Below, piece by piece: positions 9,536-18,019 of a DNA stretch of 54,604 nucleotides. Made by a program: the position numbers and the translations under genes. This DNA is from a virus (Duplodnaviria; Caudoviricetes): the IMG/VR virus record IMGVR_UViG_3300042934_001355, positions 1 to 54,604 of that record. One strand, written 5' to 3'. Numbering within the stretch: position 1 is the stretch's first letter; each line of letters starts with the position of its first letter. The notes beneath the pieces are model-generated. The model did no database searches. It had not been told where the DNA came from and worked only from the letters and a program-made list of their open reading frames with translations.

Positions 9536-9901
9536 ATGAAAAACGTTGTACTGAGCATGCTTGCTAAAATCTCACAAATAGATGCAAGTACGAAACAACT
9601 CACAGCACGCGTTGAGGCCCAGTCTCTGCTGATTAGTGCGCTCATTCATGCTACAAGCAAGCAGGGTGGCGTGACCGAAATGATGGAAGGTGCAAACAAA
9701 GCCATCAATACAGTAATTGATTCCGCGGATTCAGACGAGATGCTCAAATCCGACGCAGCGCTACTTTTAAGCGAACTACAGGAATTGCTTAATATTTCCC
9801 GTGCTGTAGACAGCGCAGATAAGGACATTGACCATGAGGGGCTTAATGAACTCTCGGGTGTCACTTCTCCACCAGATAAACCTCTGCCTGAAAATAGTTA
9901 A
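9536..9901 (+). CDS. IraP-family anti-adaptor-like protein (phage-borne)
   Basis: Aligns with the chromosomal copy at 53051 (K.LTA..EAQSLL..AL; L.SD..LLL); opposite strand to the pL operon; hairpin at ~9914-9932. Confidence 0.7.
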   Translation: MKNVVLSMLAKISQIDASTKQLTARVEAQSLLISALIHATSKQGGVTEMMEGANKAINTVIDSADSDEMLKSDAALLLSELQELLNISRAVDSADKDIDHEGLNELSGVTSPPDKPLPENS

Positions 9902-10085
9902 CCCATACCTTCCAGCCCGTAACATGCGGGCTTCTCTTTAAAATATCTTTTGCGCTGTTAACCTTCCCCGAAATTATGCGTAATAAATGATCGCATCAGG
10001 CAGGCTATGATGAAAATATTGGTAGCTAAAACTGAGAAAGGTGACAGAGTTAGCATTCATTAAAAAAATCATACGGAGTCTCCTC

Positions 10086-10259
10086 ATGGGCCGAGTTAAG
10101 TTTCGGTGCCCTGAATGTGGAGCGCGCCGGTTTCAGTTCACCGTTAGGGATGAAATTAAACAGACCCGACATGGTGCCATATGCTGTCAATGTGGGTGTC
10201 AGGTTAAAGCCAGTAACCTGTATCAGCTTCATCTCAGTTATCAACGTGGAATTAAATGA
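10086..10259 (+). CDS. Small zinc-ribbon protein
   Basis: FRCPECG...CCQCG; start uncertain (10041 GTG or 10086 ATG). Confidence 0.55.
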   Translation: MGRVKFRCPECGARRFQFTVRDEIKQTRHGAICCQCGCQVKASNLYQLHLSYQRGIK

Positions 10260-10575
10260 GTGGAATCGATTTTCCGCGAATTTTCTGTCGGGCGTTAACT
10301 ACATGTGTTGCGTCAGGCCGAACGTGATGCCATTTTCGACTACACAGTAAAGGCTGCTCTGCTTGATGTCTGTCACGCAGAGAAGGGGAGGAGCAGGCCT
10401 TCTCGATGCGGCTGATGTGCTTAACCTCAACCGCCACAACCTCTGGCTCAGTGCCGAAAGCTGCGTCGATAATTGATTCGATACGTTCACGATCCATTGC
10501 CACCGCACGACGACGAGCATGGCGGCGTAATTTGGCATTCTCTTTAACCGATGTGCCGTAAGTGATTACTGTCAT
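10252..10575 (-). CDS. N: N antitermination protein
   Basis: MTVITYG...NAKLRRHARRR (P22 gp24-type arginine-rich motif); C-terminus RQKIRGKSIPLI as in lambda N. Confidence 0.9.
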   Translation of the reverse strand: MTVITYGTSVKENAKLRRHARRRAVAMDRERIESIIDAAFGTEPEVVAVEVKHISRIEKACSSPSLRDRHQAEQPLLCSRKWHHVRPDATHVVNARQKIRGKSIPLI

Positions 10576-10654
10576 GGTTGCCTCCTGAGGTGGTTTTAGT
10601 ACTGTCGACTGGTGAGTTGATAGACAGTCCAAACTCATCTCGTTTGGTTAGTTG

Positions 10655-10688
10655 GCGCTTTGTCAGCGCTGCAATGTTGTTAAAGAGC
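10655..10688 (-). promoter_or_regulatory. nutL (boxA + P22-type boxB)
   Basis: Minus strand GCTCTTTAACA then GCGCTGACAAAGCGC. Confidence 0.85.
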
Positions 10689-10731
10689 ATCACCGTCCTG
10701 GTGAGTAGTGCGTCCTGCTGATGAGATTTAA

Positions 10732-10773
10732 TTTAGCGTTATGCTAAATATATGGCAATAGCAAAATGCTAAA
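10732..10773. promoter_or_regulatory. OL operators / pL
   Basis: TTTAGCgttatGCTAAA (10732-48) and aatAGCaaaatGCTAAA (10757-73); the first is the exact reverse complement of 12632-12648. Confidence 0.8.
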
Positions 10774-10845
10774 TAATTTGAGTATGGGATTTAGCTAAAT
10801 GATTTAGAAGGGGATTTATTTTTTCGAAGTGGGATCTGCAGGTAC

Positions 10846-10870
10846 AAAAAAGCCCGCTCAGTGGCGGGCT
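10846..10870 (-). terminator. Terminator of the cI (immunity) transcript
   Basis: AGCCCGC/GCGGGCT hairpin with a U-tract on the minus strand. Confidence 0.7.
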
Positions 10871-10910
10871 ATTTGTAATGCGGGCTTAAAAAGCCAGTAT
10901 GCGCATCTAG

Positions 10911-11417
10911 TTATGGAGTGCCTGTCATAGCGCCATAAAACTTATATAATGTAAAAACAATTGCCGGTATGCCTAGCACCCATTTGATAATGTCTAGCTT
11001 TGCATCAGTGAGGGATTTTTCGAATTTAAGCTCTTGAATATCAAGTGCTGACGTCAACTTTGATTCCTGAGCACTGAAATGCTTATCAAGTGAGCCCTGC
11101 TGAGATTTGATGGCATCTTTTACATCACGCATGTCAGAACGCATTTGCTCACGCCACTCAGTCATCTCTCTCCGCATCTCAGCAGAGATAGCTTTTACTT
11201 CTGCTTGATTAGCCAAAAGTAGGGCATTGATCTCTTCTCTGCTAGGTGTTGACATAGAGACATCTCCTAATGCTTTTGCTGTAAAATTGCCTCGCTTTTG
11301 GTCTGTTGCGAATGCGTTCACTTTGTTTTCATTATGGGGATATAAGTCTTCTTTATCAACATCAGCTTGGCCGTCAATAACTCTGAATGAAGGTCTACTC
11401 ACCTTTTGACTCTCCAT
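10911..11417 (-). CDS. Coiled-coil protein with C-terminal transmembrane helix (rexB position)
   Basis: Heptad-like central region then IIKWVLGIPAIVFTLY; downstream of cI. Confidence 0.7.
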   Translation of the reverse strand: MESQKVSRPSFRVIDGQADVDKEDLYPHNENKVNAFATDQKRGNFTAKALGDVSMSTPSREEINALLLANQAEVKAISAEMRREMTEWREQMRSDMRDVKDAIKSQQGSLDKHFSAQESKLTSALDIQELKFEKSLTDAKLDIIKWVLGIPAIVFTLYKFYGAMTGTP

Positions 11418-11751
11418 CCTTTTCGCTGATCATTTTGCGAACAGCTTTATAGGAGAAAAGCAATAAGTGCCCGCAAGAGCCACATGTCATTCTAATTATC
11501 GGCAATCCACCAGGGTAGTTGATAGCACTATCCTCTGCTTTGTTGAATTTTGCATAACCGATTGTTTCTATAACCGTATGTTCTGGCTCATCATCTTTGA
11601 CTTTGATCTCATTTGTGACCAAAACGCTCCACTGCTGACTACCACAAACTTGGCAGACAAGAGGTCGGTTAAATCCATTAACAAAGTCTATAAATCTTTT
11701 AGCAGTAACAATTTCAGCATCGTTTTTTTGTTCAAAAATTTCAGCGCTCAT
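11395..11751 (-). CDS. Zinc-ribbon protein (rexA position)
   Basis: CQVCG...CGSCGH; overlaps the downstream gene by 23 nt. Confidence 0.7.
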   Translation of the reverse strand: MSAEIFEQKNDAEIVTAKRFIDFVNGFNRPLVCQVCGSQQWSVLVTNEIKVKDDEPEHTVIETIGYAKFNKAEDSAINYPGGLPIIRMTCGSCGHLLLFSYKAVRKMISEKDGESKGE

Positions 11752-11883
11752 TCTTTTCTTCCCTTGTTAAGGTAGCTTTTTACAGGCCAAGCGAGACTTC
11801 TAAGTACATGCGCTTGTGATGCTGATTAGCTTCATCCATAAGTAATACTATCCATATTTTAAGTGAATTAAAGTTCATTAAAT

Positions 11884-12564
11884 TCAAACGAGACGCATCT
11901 TAGTCTCAATCGCCACACCCAGCACCTTACAATTGCCGTTAACCGGCACCATAGGCCACTGAGGGTTCAGCCCCTTCAGGTACTTCTGGCTGCCATCGAT
12001 GATTAGCTTTTTGAATGTAGCTTCGTTGTCATCGGTGAGCTTCGCCACTACTAGGCTCCCGTTCACCGCTTCACGTCCTGTATCAAACAGAACATAGGTT
12101 CCTGCCGGGATGCTTAGCCCAATCGGAGCTGTCATTGAGTCGCCTTCAACCTCTAGCCAGAAAGCATCTCCTTGCGTATGCGCATCAGATTCAAGCCACA
12201 TATCGACATCCTTAATCGTATAGGGTTCACAGGCTTCATCCCATGCTCCAGCCTGAACCTTGCTTAAAACGGGGTAGCGCGCAGTCGGCTTGTAGTCCCG
12301 AGGATTTGAAACGTTGGCGTCAACCTGTGGCTGATCTTCGTGGATGGAGTCAAGCCAGGCATTAGGCAGCTTTAAAGCCACCTCAATTTTCCTCGCCATC
12401 TTATCCCCGATATTCCTAACGCTATTCTCACCAAGCAGCTGACTAAATTGGGATGCACTGATGCCCAAAAGCTCTGCGAATCCAGCCTTAGTATTGCCAT
12501 CCTTCTCAAGATGCCTCTTAAGGAGATTATTGAGATTGGTTTTTCTGACGCTTTTATTTTCCAT
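11884..12564 (-). CDS. cI: CI repressor (HTH + S24 peptidase, autocleavable)
   Basis: VQAG cleavage site, GDSM serine and TFKK lysine intact. Confidence 0.95.
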   Translation of the reverse strand: MENKSVRKTNLNNLLKRHLEKDGNTKAGFAELLGISASQFSQLLGENSVRNIGDKMARKIEVALKLPNAWLDSIHEDQPQVDANVSNPRDYKPTARYPVLSKVQAGAWDEACEPYTIKDVDMWLESDAHTQGDAFWLEVEGDSMTAPIGLSIPAGTYVLFDTGREAVNGSLVVAKLTDDNEATFKKLIIDGSQKYLKGLNPQWPMVPVNGNCKVLGVAIETKMRLV

Positions 12565-12582
12565 GGCCTGATTCTCACACTA

Positions 12583-12648
12583 TTTAGCAATTCGATAAAT
12601 ATGCATTTTGCTAAATACTGCTTGTTAGTTATTTAGCATAACGCTAAA
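12583..12648. promoter_or_regulatory. OR operators (three sites) / pR-pRM
   Basis: TTTAGCaattcGATAAA (12583), atatGCattttGCTAAA (12599), TTTAGCataacGCTAAA (12632). Confidence 0.8.
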
Positions 12649-12678
12649 ATTAGCTTTGGAGTTAAATAGGAGGCACCA

Positions 12679-12912
12679 ATGGGTAATGAACTGCTCCGCT
12701 GGCGCAAGGAATCTTCAGCTGAAGACTGGATCAGCCTTGCTGTACTAGCGAAAACATCCGTTGGCTACCTCGACCAAATTGCATATGGATTCCGCCGAGC
12801 ATCACCAGGTAAAGCCCAGGCAATTGAGGAAGCCACAAAGAAATTCACCGATTACACGCCGGTGAAGAAGGAAAGCTTAGTCTTTGCACCACAGCGCGCT
12901 ACGGCAGCTTAA
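12679..12912 (+). CDS. cro: Cro-like HTH protein
   Basis: Divergent from cI; TSVGYLDQIAYGFRRASP HTH. Confidence 0.85.
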   Translation: MGNELLRWRKESSAEDWISLAVLAKTSVGYLDQIAYGFRRASPGKAQAIEEATKKFTDYTPVKKESLVFAPQRATAA

Positions 12913-12919
12913 AAATCAC

Positions 12920-12955
12920 CGCTCTTTACACAATCTAGCCCGCCGCCAACGCGGG
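12920..12955 (+). promoter_or_regulatory. nutR (boxA + P22-like boxB)
   Basis: CGCTCTTTA then CCCGCCGCCAACGCGGG. Confidence 0.75.
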
Positions 12956-13028
12956 GAACTTTTAAACCGAAGTGACTTGCTCACCGCAATGTCACGCAAT
13001 TACTTAACCAACAAAGGAATTTTACATC

Positions 13029-13331
13029 ATGGAAATTGCAAGCTATCGCAAAAAAGCGAGAGAGATTGAAAGCCAGTTACTGAACAAACTGGCTGAGCGT
13101 GGACAGGGAACACTGGCGAAGGTACTCGACCTGGACGACGCAGCTGTAAGCCGCATGAAGCGTCCATCAGGAAAGCAGCGTCACAGCTTCTTCCAGATGA
13201 TGAGTCTGGCACTGGCTTATCTGGATGTGGTTTCACCGGAGTCGGATGTGGCTCAGAGGTTGTTGCGTATTGAGCAGTTACTTACCAAAGAAAAAGCCCC
13301 GAATAGCTGCGTCAACAGCTTCGAGGCCTGA
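13029..13331 (+). CDS. cII: CII transcriptional activator
   Basis: RKKAREIESQLLNKLA..GQ..LAKVL..DDAAVSRMK. Confidence 0.85.
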   Translation: MEIASYRKKAREIESQLLNKLAERGQGTLAKVLDLDDAAVSRMKRPSGKQRHSFFQMMSLALAYLDVVSPESDVAQRLLRIEQLLTKEKAPNSCVNSFEA

Positions 13332-13365
13332 TGCGAAATGACTGGATCAATTCACAGGAGTAATT

Positions 13366-14016
13366 ATGTCACAGCAGTATGAAGAATACCAGGTGCTGAC
13401 AGAGATGAAGGTGCCAAAAGATTACAGGCAGAACGGTTTCGTCTATGTCCTTGAGAATCGATGCATGCCGGGGATTTTTAAGATTGGAATGACTACCCAT
13501 TGCCCTGATGTTAGGGCGAAAGAGATATCTGGATCCACCGGAGTGCCTGAGCCTTTTACAGTGAAAGCGGCATACCACTCCCGTTCGCCACGAGCAGATG
13601 AGCAGCTTATTCACGAGCTGTTCGCTTCTGAGAGAGTCAGTAATAAGCGCGAATTCTTTAAGTTAGATGAATCCGGTCTACACAGTCTTCTATCTGAGAT
13701 GGAAAGCGCTGTAGGGCCTGAAAGAAGTGCTGATTGTTCTGAGCTGGCAATGAGCTTTTCGCTGATTTCATTTTCTAAGCAACATGAGATGGATGTCGAA
13801 TCCGAGCTCTCAGATGCAGGCCTAAATGGAGTTTATGGTGAAGAGAAATCAGCAGCCTACTTTCTAATCAGATTAGGTATTTCTCGGCTGAAGGAGATCA
13901 CCACTCAATCCGGCTGCTCTGTTGTGATCGACTGCGATGGAGCAGTGTCGCTTGTTAAAGATATTCACACTCAATGGCTGGAGGCTCAGCATGAGCAGCA
14001 ATGTACAGAGAGTTGA
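13366..14016 (+). CDS. GIY-YIG/T5orf172-domain protein
   Basis: GFVYVL...IFKIGMTT...R..EI...TGVPEPF...EQLIH...REFF. Confidence 0.8.
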   Translation: MSQQYEEYQVLTEMKVPKDYRQNGFVYVLENRCMPGIFKIGMTTHCPDVRAKEISGSTGVPEPFTVKAAYHSRSPRADEQLIHELFASERVSNKREFFKLDESGLHSLLSEMESAVGPERSADCSELAMSFSLISFSKQHEMDVESELSDAGLNGVYGEEKSAAYFLIRLGISRLKEITTQSGCSVVIDCDGAVSLVKDIHTQWLEAQHEQQCTES

Positions 14017-14917
14017 CTTTTCCAGCCGCAAACCATTACCAGCGGAATCAGGAGGTCATATGGCCGACCTGTCCAACGGGTATACCAAAGTCGCTAACGA
14101 GATCCAGAAGCTTAAACCTCGCCTGAGACTTTCAGGCAGGGAGTGGCAATGCTTCGAGGCGGTGATATGGCTCACCTACGGATGGAACAAAAAACAGGAC
14201 AGGGTAACGAACACTGTCATTGCAGGCTTAACCGGCCTGAGTGATACGCACGTTTCGGACGCCATCAAATCTCTGGCAGAAAGAAAAATCATCTTCAGCC
14301 AGAAGCAGGGAATGATGAAACTTGTAGGGGTGAACACTGAGATTTCAGCCTGGGTTTTAGATAAACCGGAACCGGGAACAAAACTCCCGAAAACGGGAAA
14401 ATCCTTCCCGAAAGCAGGAAAAACCTTCCCGGAAACGGTAGCCACCCAATACAAGAACAAGAACAGTAATAAAAACACTACGTCAGAGAATTCTGGCGAA
14501 TCCTCCGACAAACCTTTGAAGAATCTCCCGGTCATTCGGCCTGAAGCAGCGACCCATTCACCGAAAGGCGACAAGTGGGGAACAGCTGATGACCTGAAGG
14601 CAGCTAAGTGGATATTCAGCAAAGTGCAGATGGTCACCCCAACAGCACAGCAACCCAACTGGCCCGCCTGGGCTAACGACATCCGCCTGATGAGAGGCGC
14701 CCTTGAAGTAACGCATCATGACATCTGCGAAACCTTTCAGTGGGCCAACGCCGATCACTTCTGGCAGAGCAACATCCTCAGCCCTGCAAAACTCCGTGCC
14801 AAGTGGGACACACTCCGTGCGCAGATGAGCCAGCCAGGGCGTAACCGGCAGGCAGTAGCTCAGCAACCCGCTCAGCACTGGAACAGCCGCGACGCCTGGG
14901 AGAATGAATTCCTATGA
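13991..14917 (+). CDS. O: Replication initiator O
   Basis: ADLSNGYTKVAN, TYGWNKKQDRV and FWQSNILSPAKLRAKWD; GGAGG RBS before 13991. Confidence 0.9.
   Translation: MSSNVQRVDFSSRKPLPAESGGHMADLSNGYTKVANEIQKLKPRLRLSGREWQCFEAVIWLTYGWNKKQDRVTNTVIAGLTGLSDTHVSDAIKSLAERKIIFSQKQGMMKLVGVNTEISAWVLDKPEPGTKLPKTGKSFPKAGKTFPETVATQYKNKNSNKNTTSENSGESSDKPLKNLPVIRPEAATHSPKGDKWGTADDLKAAKWIFSKVQMVTPTAQQPNWPAWANDIRLMRGALEVTHHDICETFQWANADHFWQSNILSPAKLRAKWDTLRAQMSQPGRNRQAVAQQPAQHWNSRDAWENEFL
14361..14480 (+). repeat. Replication origin: four ~21-bp iterons plus A-rich tract inside O
   Basis: ataaaccggaaccgggaacaa / aactcccgaaaacgggaaaat / ccttcccgaaagcaggaaaaa / ccttcccggaaacggtagcca. Confidence 0.75.
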
Positions 14918-15618
14918 GAAATCTCGTATCAGCAATCCAAAACCGTGATGCAGGTGCACTGGCTCGCATTGCAGGAGATGGCCCGCGCCCGGTTGAACGT
15001 GGAGTGCATGAAGACGTTGAGCGCCTAGTCGATGCTCTGTTTTCGAACCTGAAGCAGGTATTCCCGGCATCGGTCAGCACTGCGTGGCGTAACCCCAACG
15101 ATGAAGCAGCAGCGAAACGCCAGTGGATTGCCGCCTTTGCAGAGAACGGTATTCACAACAAGCAGCAGTTGTCAGCAGGCATGAAGCTGGCCCGTGCCAG
15201 CGGTTCGCCGTTCCTGCCATCGCCCGGCCAGTTTATCGAGTGGTGTAAGCAGGGAGAACATCGCGCCGCTGGCCTGCCGTCAGACGAAGCATTGTACGAC
15301 ACGTTCCGTCTGTACTGCCGCGACCGGGGCATGTACGACAGTAGCGAGGACTTCCCCTGGGAAAGCGCGGCGTGTTTCCACATGGTGACAGCGGTTTACA
15401 ACCAGGTGCGCTCGTTCAACCTGACTGATTCTGAATGCCGCAAACGCCTGGGTGACGAGCTACGCAAGATGTCCCGCCGCATCGAAGCTGGTGAAATCAT
15501 CCCGCCGCCGCGCAAGCAGATTCCCCAGCTGCACATCCCGACCGGTAACGAGAAAGCACTGGACCATCTTGCTGACATTCGCCGCCGCTTTGGTCTGAAA
15601 GGTGGACGCCATGACTGA
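14914..15618 (+). CDS. P: Replication protein P (lambda-type helicase loader)
   Basis: KRQWIAAFAENGI...QLSAGM...PFLPSPGQFIEWC. Confidence 0.9.
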   Translation: MRNLVSAIQNRDAGALARIAGDGPRPVERGVHEDVERLVDALFSNLKQVFPASVSTAWRNPNDEAAAKRQWIAAFAENGIHNKQQLSAGMKLARASGSPFLPSPGQFIEWCKQGEHRAAGLPSDEALYDTFRLYCRDRGMYDSSEDFPWESAACFHMVTAVYNQVRSFNLTDSECRKRLGDELRKMSRRIEAGEIIPPPRKQIPQLHIPTGNEKALDHLADIRRRFGLKGGRHD

Positions 15619-15763
15619 GATGAACCGCATCCGCTTTGAGCGCCTGTATCGCAGCGTTCACGGTGACAGACACAACCTTACCCGGTCACATCTCGGCTAT
15701 CAGGATGCCACGGTAGACCGGGCGTTTTTCTTCTGGCTTGAGGGAAGGGAGAGCGCAGCATGA
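15611..15763 (+). CDS. Small hypothetical protein
   Basis: 50 aa MTEMNRIRFERLY...AFFFWLEGRESAA read manually; coupled overlaps. Confidence 0.55.
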   Translation: MTEMNRIRFERLYRSVHGDRHNLTRSHLGYQDATVDRAFFFWLEGRESAA

Positions 15764-15996
15764 CACAGGTAACTCAACTGGTAATTACACCACCGCTGAT
15801 GCGTCAGGCCCGCAATATGACGCTGGCAATCATCGACCTGGCTAAGAAACGCGACCTGAAGCCGGAGCAGTTCCGGGCGCACCTGAACGCTATCGACATG
15901 CTGGCGCGCGAAGCACATGACCTGATAGTCGATGCTGAGTTTGAAAAGGAAGGAGAAGATCATGATCCACTATCACGGCGGACCAATAACGCCTGA
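15760..15996 (+). CDS. Hypothetical protein
   Basis: 78-aa ORF in the early right operon. Confidence 0.6.
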   Translation: MTQVTQLVITPPLMRQARNMTLAIIDLAKKRDLKPEQFRAHLNAIDMLAREAHDLIVDAEFEKEGEDHDPLSRRTNNA

Positions 15997-16717
15997 CACC
16001 TGCGCAATTCGGGCATGGAAAGGGCGGCATGCTTTCATCTCCTTTGCTCATGCCGGCCAAATAAATCTCGCCTCAGAGTTCTGTCAGTCATTCGCTCTGG
16101 ATAACGGTGCGTTCACAGCTTGGAAGGCAGCTGGACGAAACAAAATCGACTGGAGGGATTACTACGAATTCGTGGCTAGATGGAAAAACCATCCCGGCTT
16201 CGATTTCGCCATCATCCCTGATGTTATCGACGGCGGAGAAGCAGAGAACGAAGCATTGCTTGATGAGTGGCCACACGGTGATTTCTATGGCGTACCGGTA
16301 TGGCACATGAACGAGAGCGATGATCGATTCATCCGGCTTTGCAATAAGTACCCGAGAGTGGCTATCGGTAGTTGTGGAGAATATGACGTTAAGCGTCCGA
16401 ATCTTGCTGTGGCGCGCATGAAGGACCTGATCCGGCACGTTACAGACGATTACGGCCAGCCCATCGCCAAGCTTCACGGCCTGCGCATGCTTAACCCACT
16501 TATCTTCACCAAACTACCGGTGGCGAGCGCTGACAGCACTAACGTTGCCAGAAACATTGGTATCGATAAGGCATGGTCAGGAGCGTACGCCCCTGCATCA
16601 AAAGAAACCCGCGCTGCATTGATGGTCGAACGTATCGAGTCACACAACAGCCCCGGCTCACTGCATTACTGCGAGCAACGGGACCGGTTCAACATGCAGC
16701 TGCAGTTGGCTGTATAG
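15962..16717 (+). CDS. tRNA-guanine transglycosylase (TGT/DpdA)-fold protein
   Basis: LDNGAF, PDVI, PVWH, AIG, LHGL and SADST motif series; AAGGAG RBS. Confidence 0.7.
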   Translation: MIHYHGGPITPDTCAIRAWKGRHAFISFAHAGQINLASEFCQSFALDNGAFTAWKAAGRNKIDWRDYYEFVARWKNHPGFDFAIIPDVIDGGEAENEALLDEWPHGDFYGVPVWHMNESDDRFIRLCNKYPRVAIGSCGEYDVKRPNLAVARMKDLIRHVTDDYGQPIAKLHGLRMLNPLIFTKLPVASADSTNVARNIGIDKAWSGAYAPASKETRAALMVERIESHNSPGSLHYCEQRDRFNMQLQLAV

Positions 16718-16725
16718 GAGGACGC

Positions 16726-16905
16726 ATGAATAACGTAATCCCTCTCAGACCTAAGCACCAACCCCTCAAAGACTCACACTCAGCGATACTGACAGCCCTC
16801 AAGATGCTTCGTGAAGGCGGACACAGTAAGCAGAGCATTGACCTGTTGTTGAGCGCCGCAGCCGACAACATCCATGACTACGTGGAGACAATCGAAGGGA
16901 GGTAG
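16726..16905 (+). CDS. Hypothetical protein
   Basis: MNNVIPLRPK with AGGAGG RBS. Confidence 0.6.
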   Translation: MNNVIPLRPKHQPLKDSHSAILTALKMLREGGHSKQSIDLLLSAAADNIHDYVETIEGR

Positions 16906-16907
16906 CA

Positions 16908-17342
16908 GTGGAGACGCAACGTTATCTACTGAGAGACAACAACATCCGGCAGAACTGCATCAGCGCCATCCAGCAACTCCCCGCCAATCCCGACAAACCT
17001 CTGCAGGTAACCATTCAGGAAGACACCAGAAGCCTTGCGCAAAACCGCATGCTTTGGGCCTGCCTGCATGACGTATCGAGCCAGGTGGTCTGGTACGGGA
17101 AGAGGCTCGATCCTGAGAGCTGGAAACACATTTTCAGCGCCAGCCTGAAAGGACAGGAGACGGTGCCGGGTATCAATGGCGGCTTTGTGGTGCTGGGCCA
17201 GTCAACAAGCAAAATGCGCGTCGGTGAGATGCGAGATTTAATCACCTTAATCCATGCATTCGGTGCCGAGCAGAACGTCAGGTTTAGCGATGAATCAGCG
17301 CGCGCAGCTGAATGGGCTGGAAGATTCGGGAGTACAGCATGA
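16908..17342 (+). CDS. ninB: NinB (Orf) recombination protein
   Basis: RSLAQNRMLWACL.DVS.QV.WYG...WKHIF...GQSTSKM. Confidence 0.9.
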   Translation: METQRYLLRDNNIRQNCISAIQQLPANPDKPLQVTIQEDTRSLAQNRMLWACLHDVSSQVVWYGKRLDPESWKHIFSASLKGQETVPGINGGFVVLGQSTSKMRVGEMRDLITLIHAFGAEQNVRFSDESARAAEWAGRFGSTA

Positions 17343-17563
17343 CACCACAGGTTACCTCCATTCCTCAGTTGCTCATTGAGACCCGAGGAAACCAAACAGC
17401 AGTTGGCCGAGCGATCAAATCCACTCGCACAACTGTCAGGAAATATGCCCGAGACTTTAACTGCCGGTATCACGTCGTAGTCAATGGTGTGTTGATGGTC
17501 AGTCAGGGCGATCGTGGGCTTCACAAAAGGAAAAGCAATGAAGAAAACATGGTTCACCCATGA
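17339..17563 (+). CDS. ninH: NinH-like protein
   Basis: SIPQLLIETRGNQTAV...RTTVRKY...HVVVNGVLMV. Confidence 0.8.
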   Translation: MTPQVTSIPQLLIETRGNQTAVGRAIKSTRTTVRKYARDFNCRYHVVVNGVLMVSQGDRGLHKRKSNEENMVHP

Positions 17564-17738
17564 CCCTGTAGATACAGACACTGCAAACGAACTCATTTCC
17601 CGTTACAACGTCCGCAACATTCATACCCAAAAGACACTCGCCGCCGATCCCCGTTTATGGCTGGTTAGCGCGCTGTTGCCTGAAGGTAATCGCGAACCAC
17701 AAAGAGACAAAACTTATGAGAACAAATGCTGGGCGTAA
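17538..17738 (+). CDS. Hypothetical nin-region protein
   Basis: MKKTWFTH...WLVSALLPE. Confidence 0.6.
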   Translation: MKKTWFTHDPVDTDTANELISRYNVRNIHTQKTLAADPRLWLVSALLPEGNREPQRDKTYENKCWA

Positions 17739-17857
17739 GCGTTGTTGTAGCTGCAGTACTGTGCTGACCAGTGAAGATAAACACCGGTTCGGAGTTAGCT
17801 GTGAAATCTGCGAAGAGGATATCTGGTATTACGAGCATCTCGACTATCTGCCAATTC

Positions 17858-18019
17858 ATGCCGCATGGCGATATACCTGCTATCAACTGCGCTGGCTGTG
17901 GCATACCGCTGGCTACGGACGAGACATATGCCTGCGTCCGCTGCTGCGCCGGCTGGATGCAAGACGACAACATCAGAATGCACGGAGGGAGCGATGAGAA
18001 AAGTCAGGCGAAGATGTAA
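17858..18019 (+). CDS. NinF-like zinc-finger protein
   Basis: CAGCG..L...E...C..CCA..M.D resembles lambda NinF. Confidence 0.5.
   Translation: MPHGDIPAINCAGCGIPLATDETYACVRCCAGWMQDDNIRMHGGSDEKSQAKM

Noticed and set aside
14361-14444. 21-bp periodic repeats as a possible CRISPR or VNTR
   Set aside because: No spacers; position inside O next to an A-rich tract fits replication iterons
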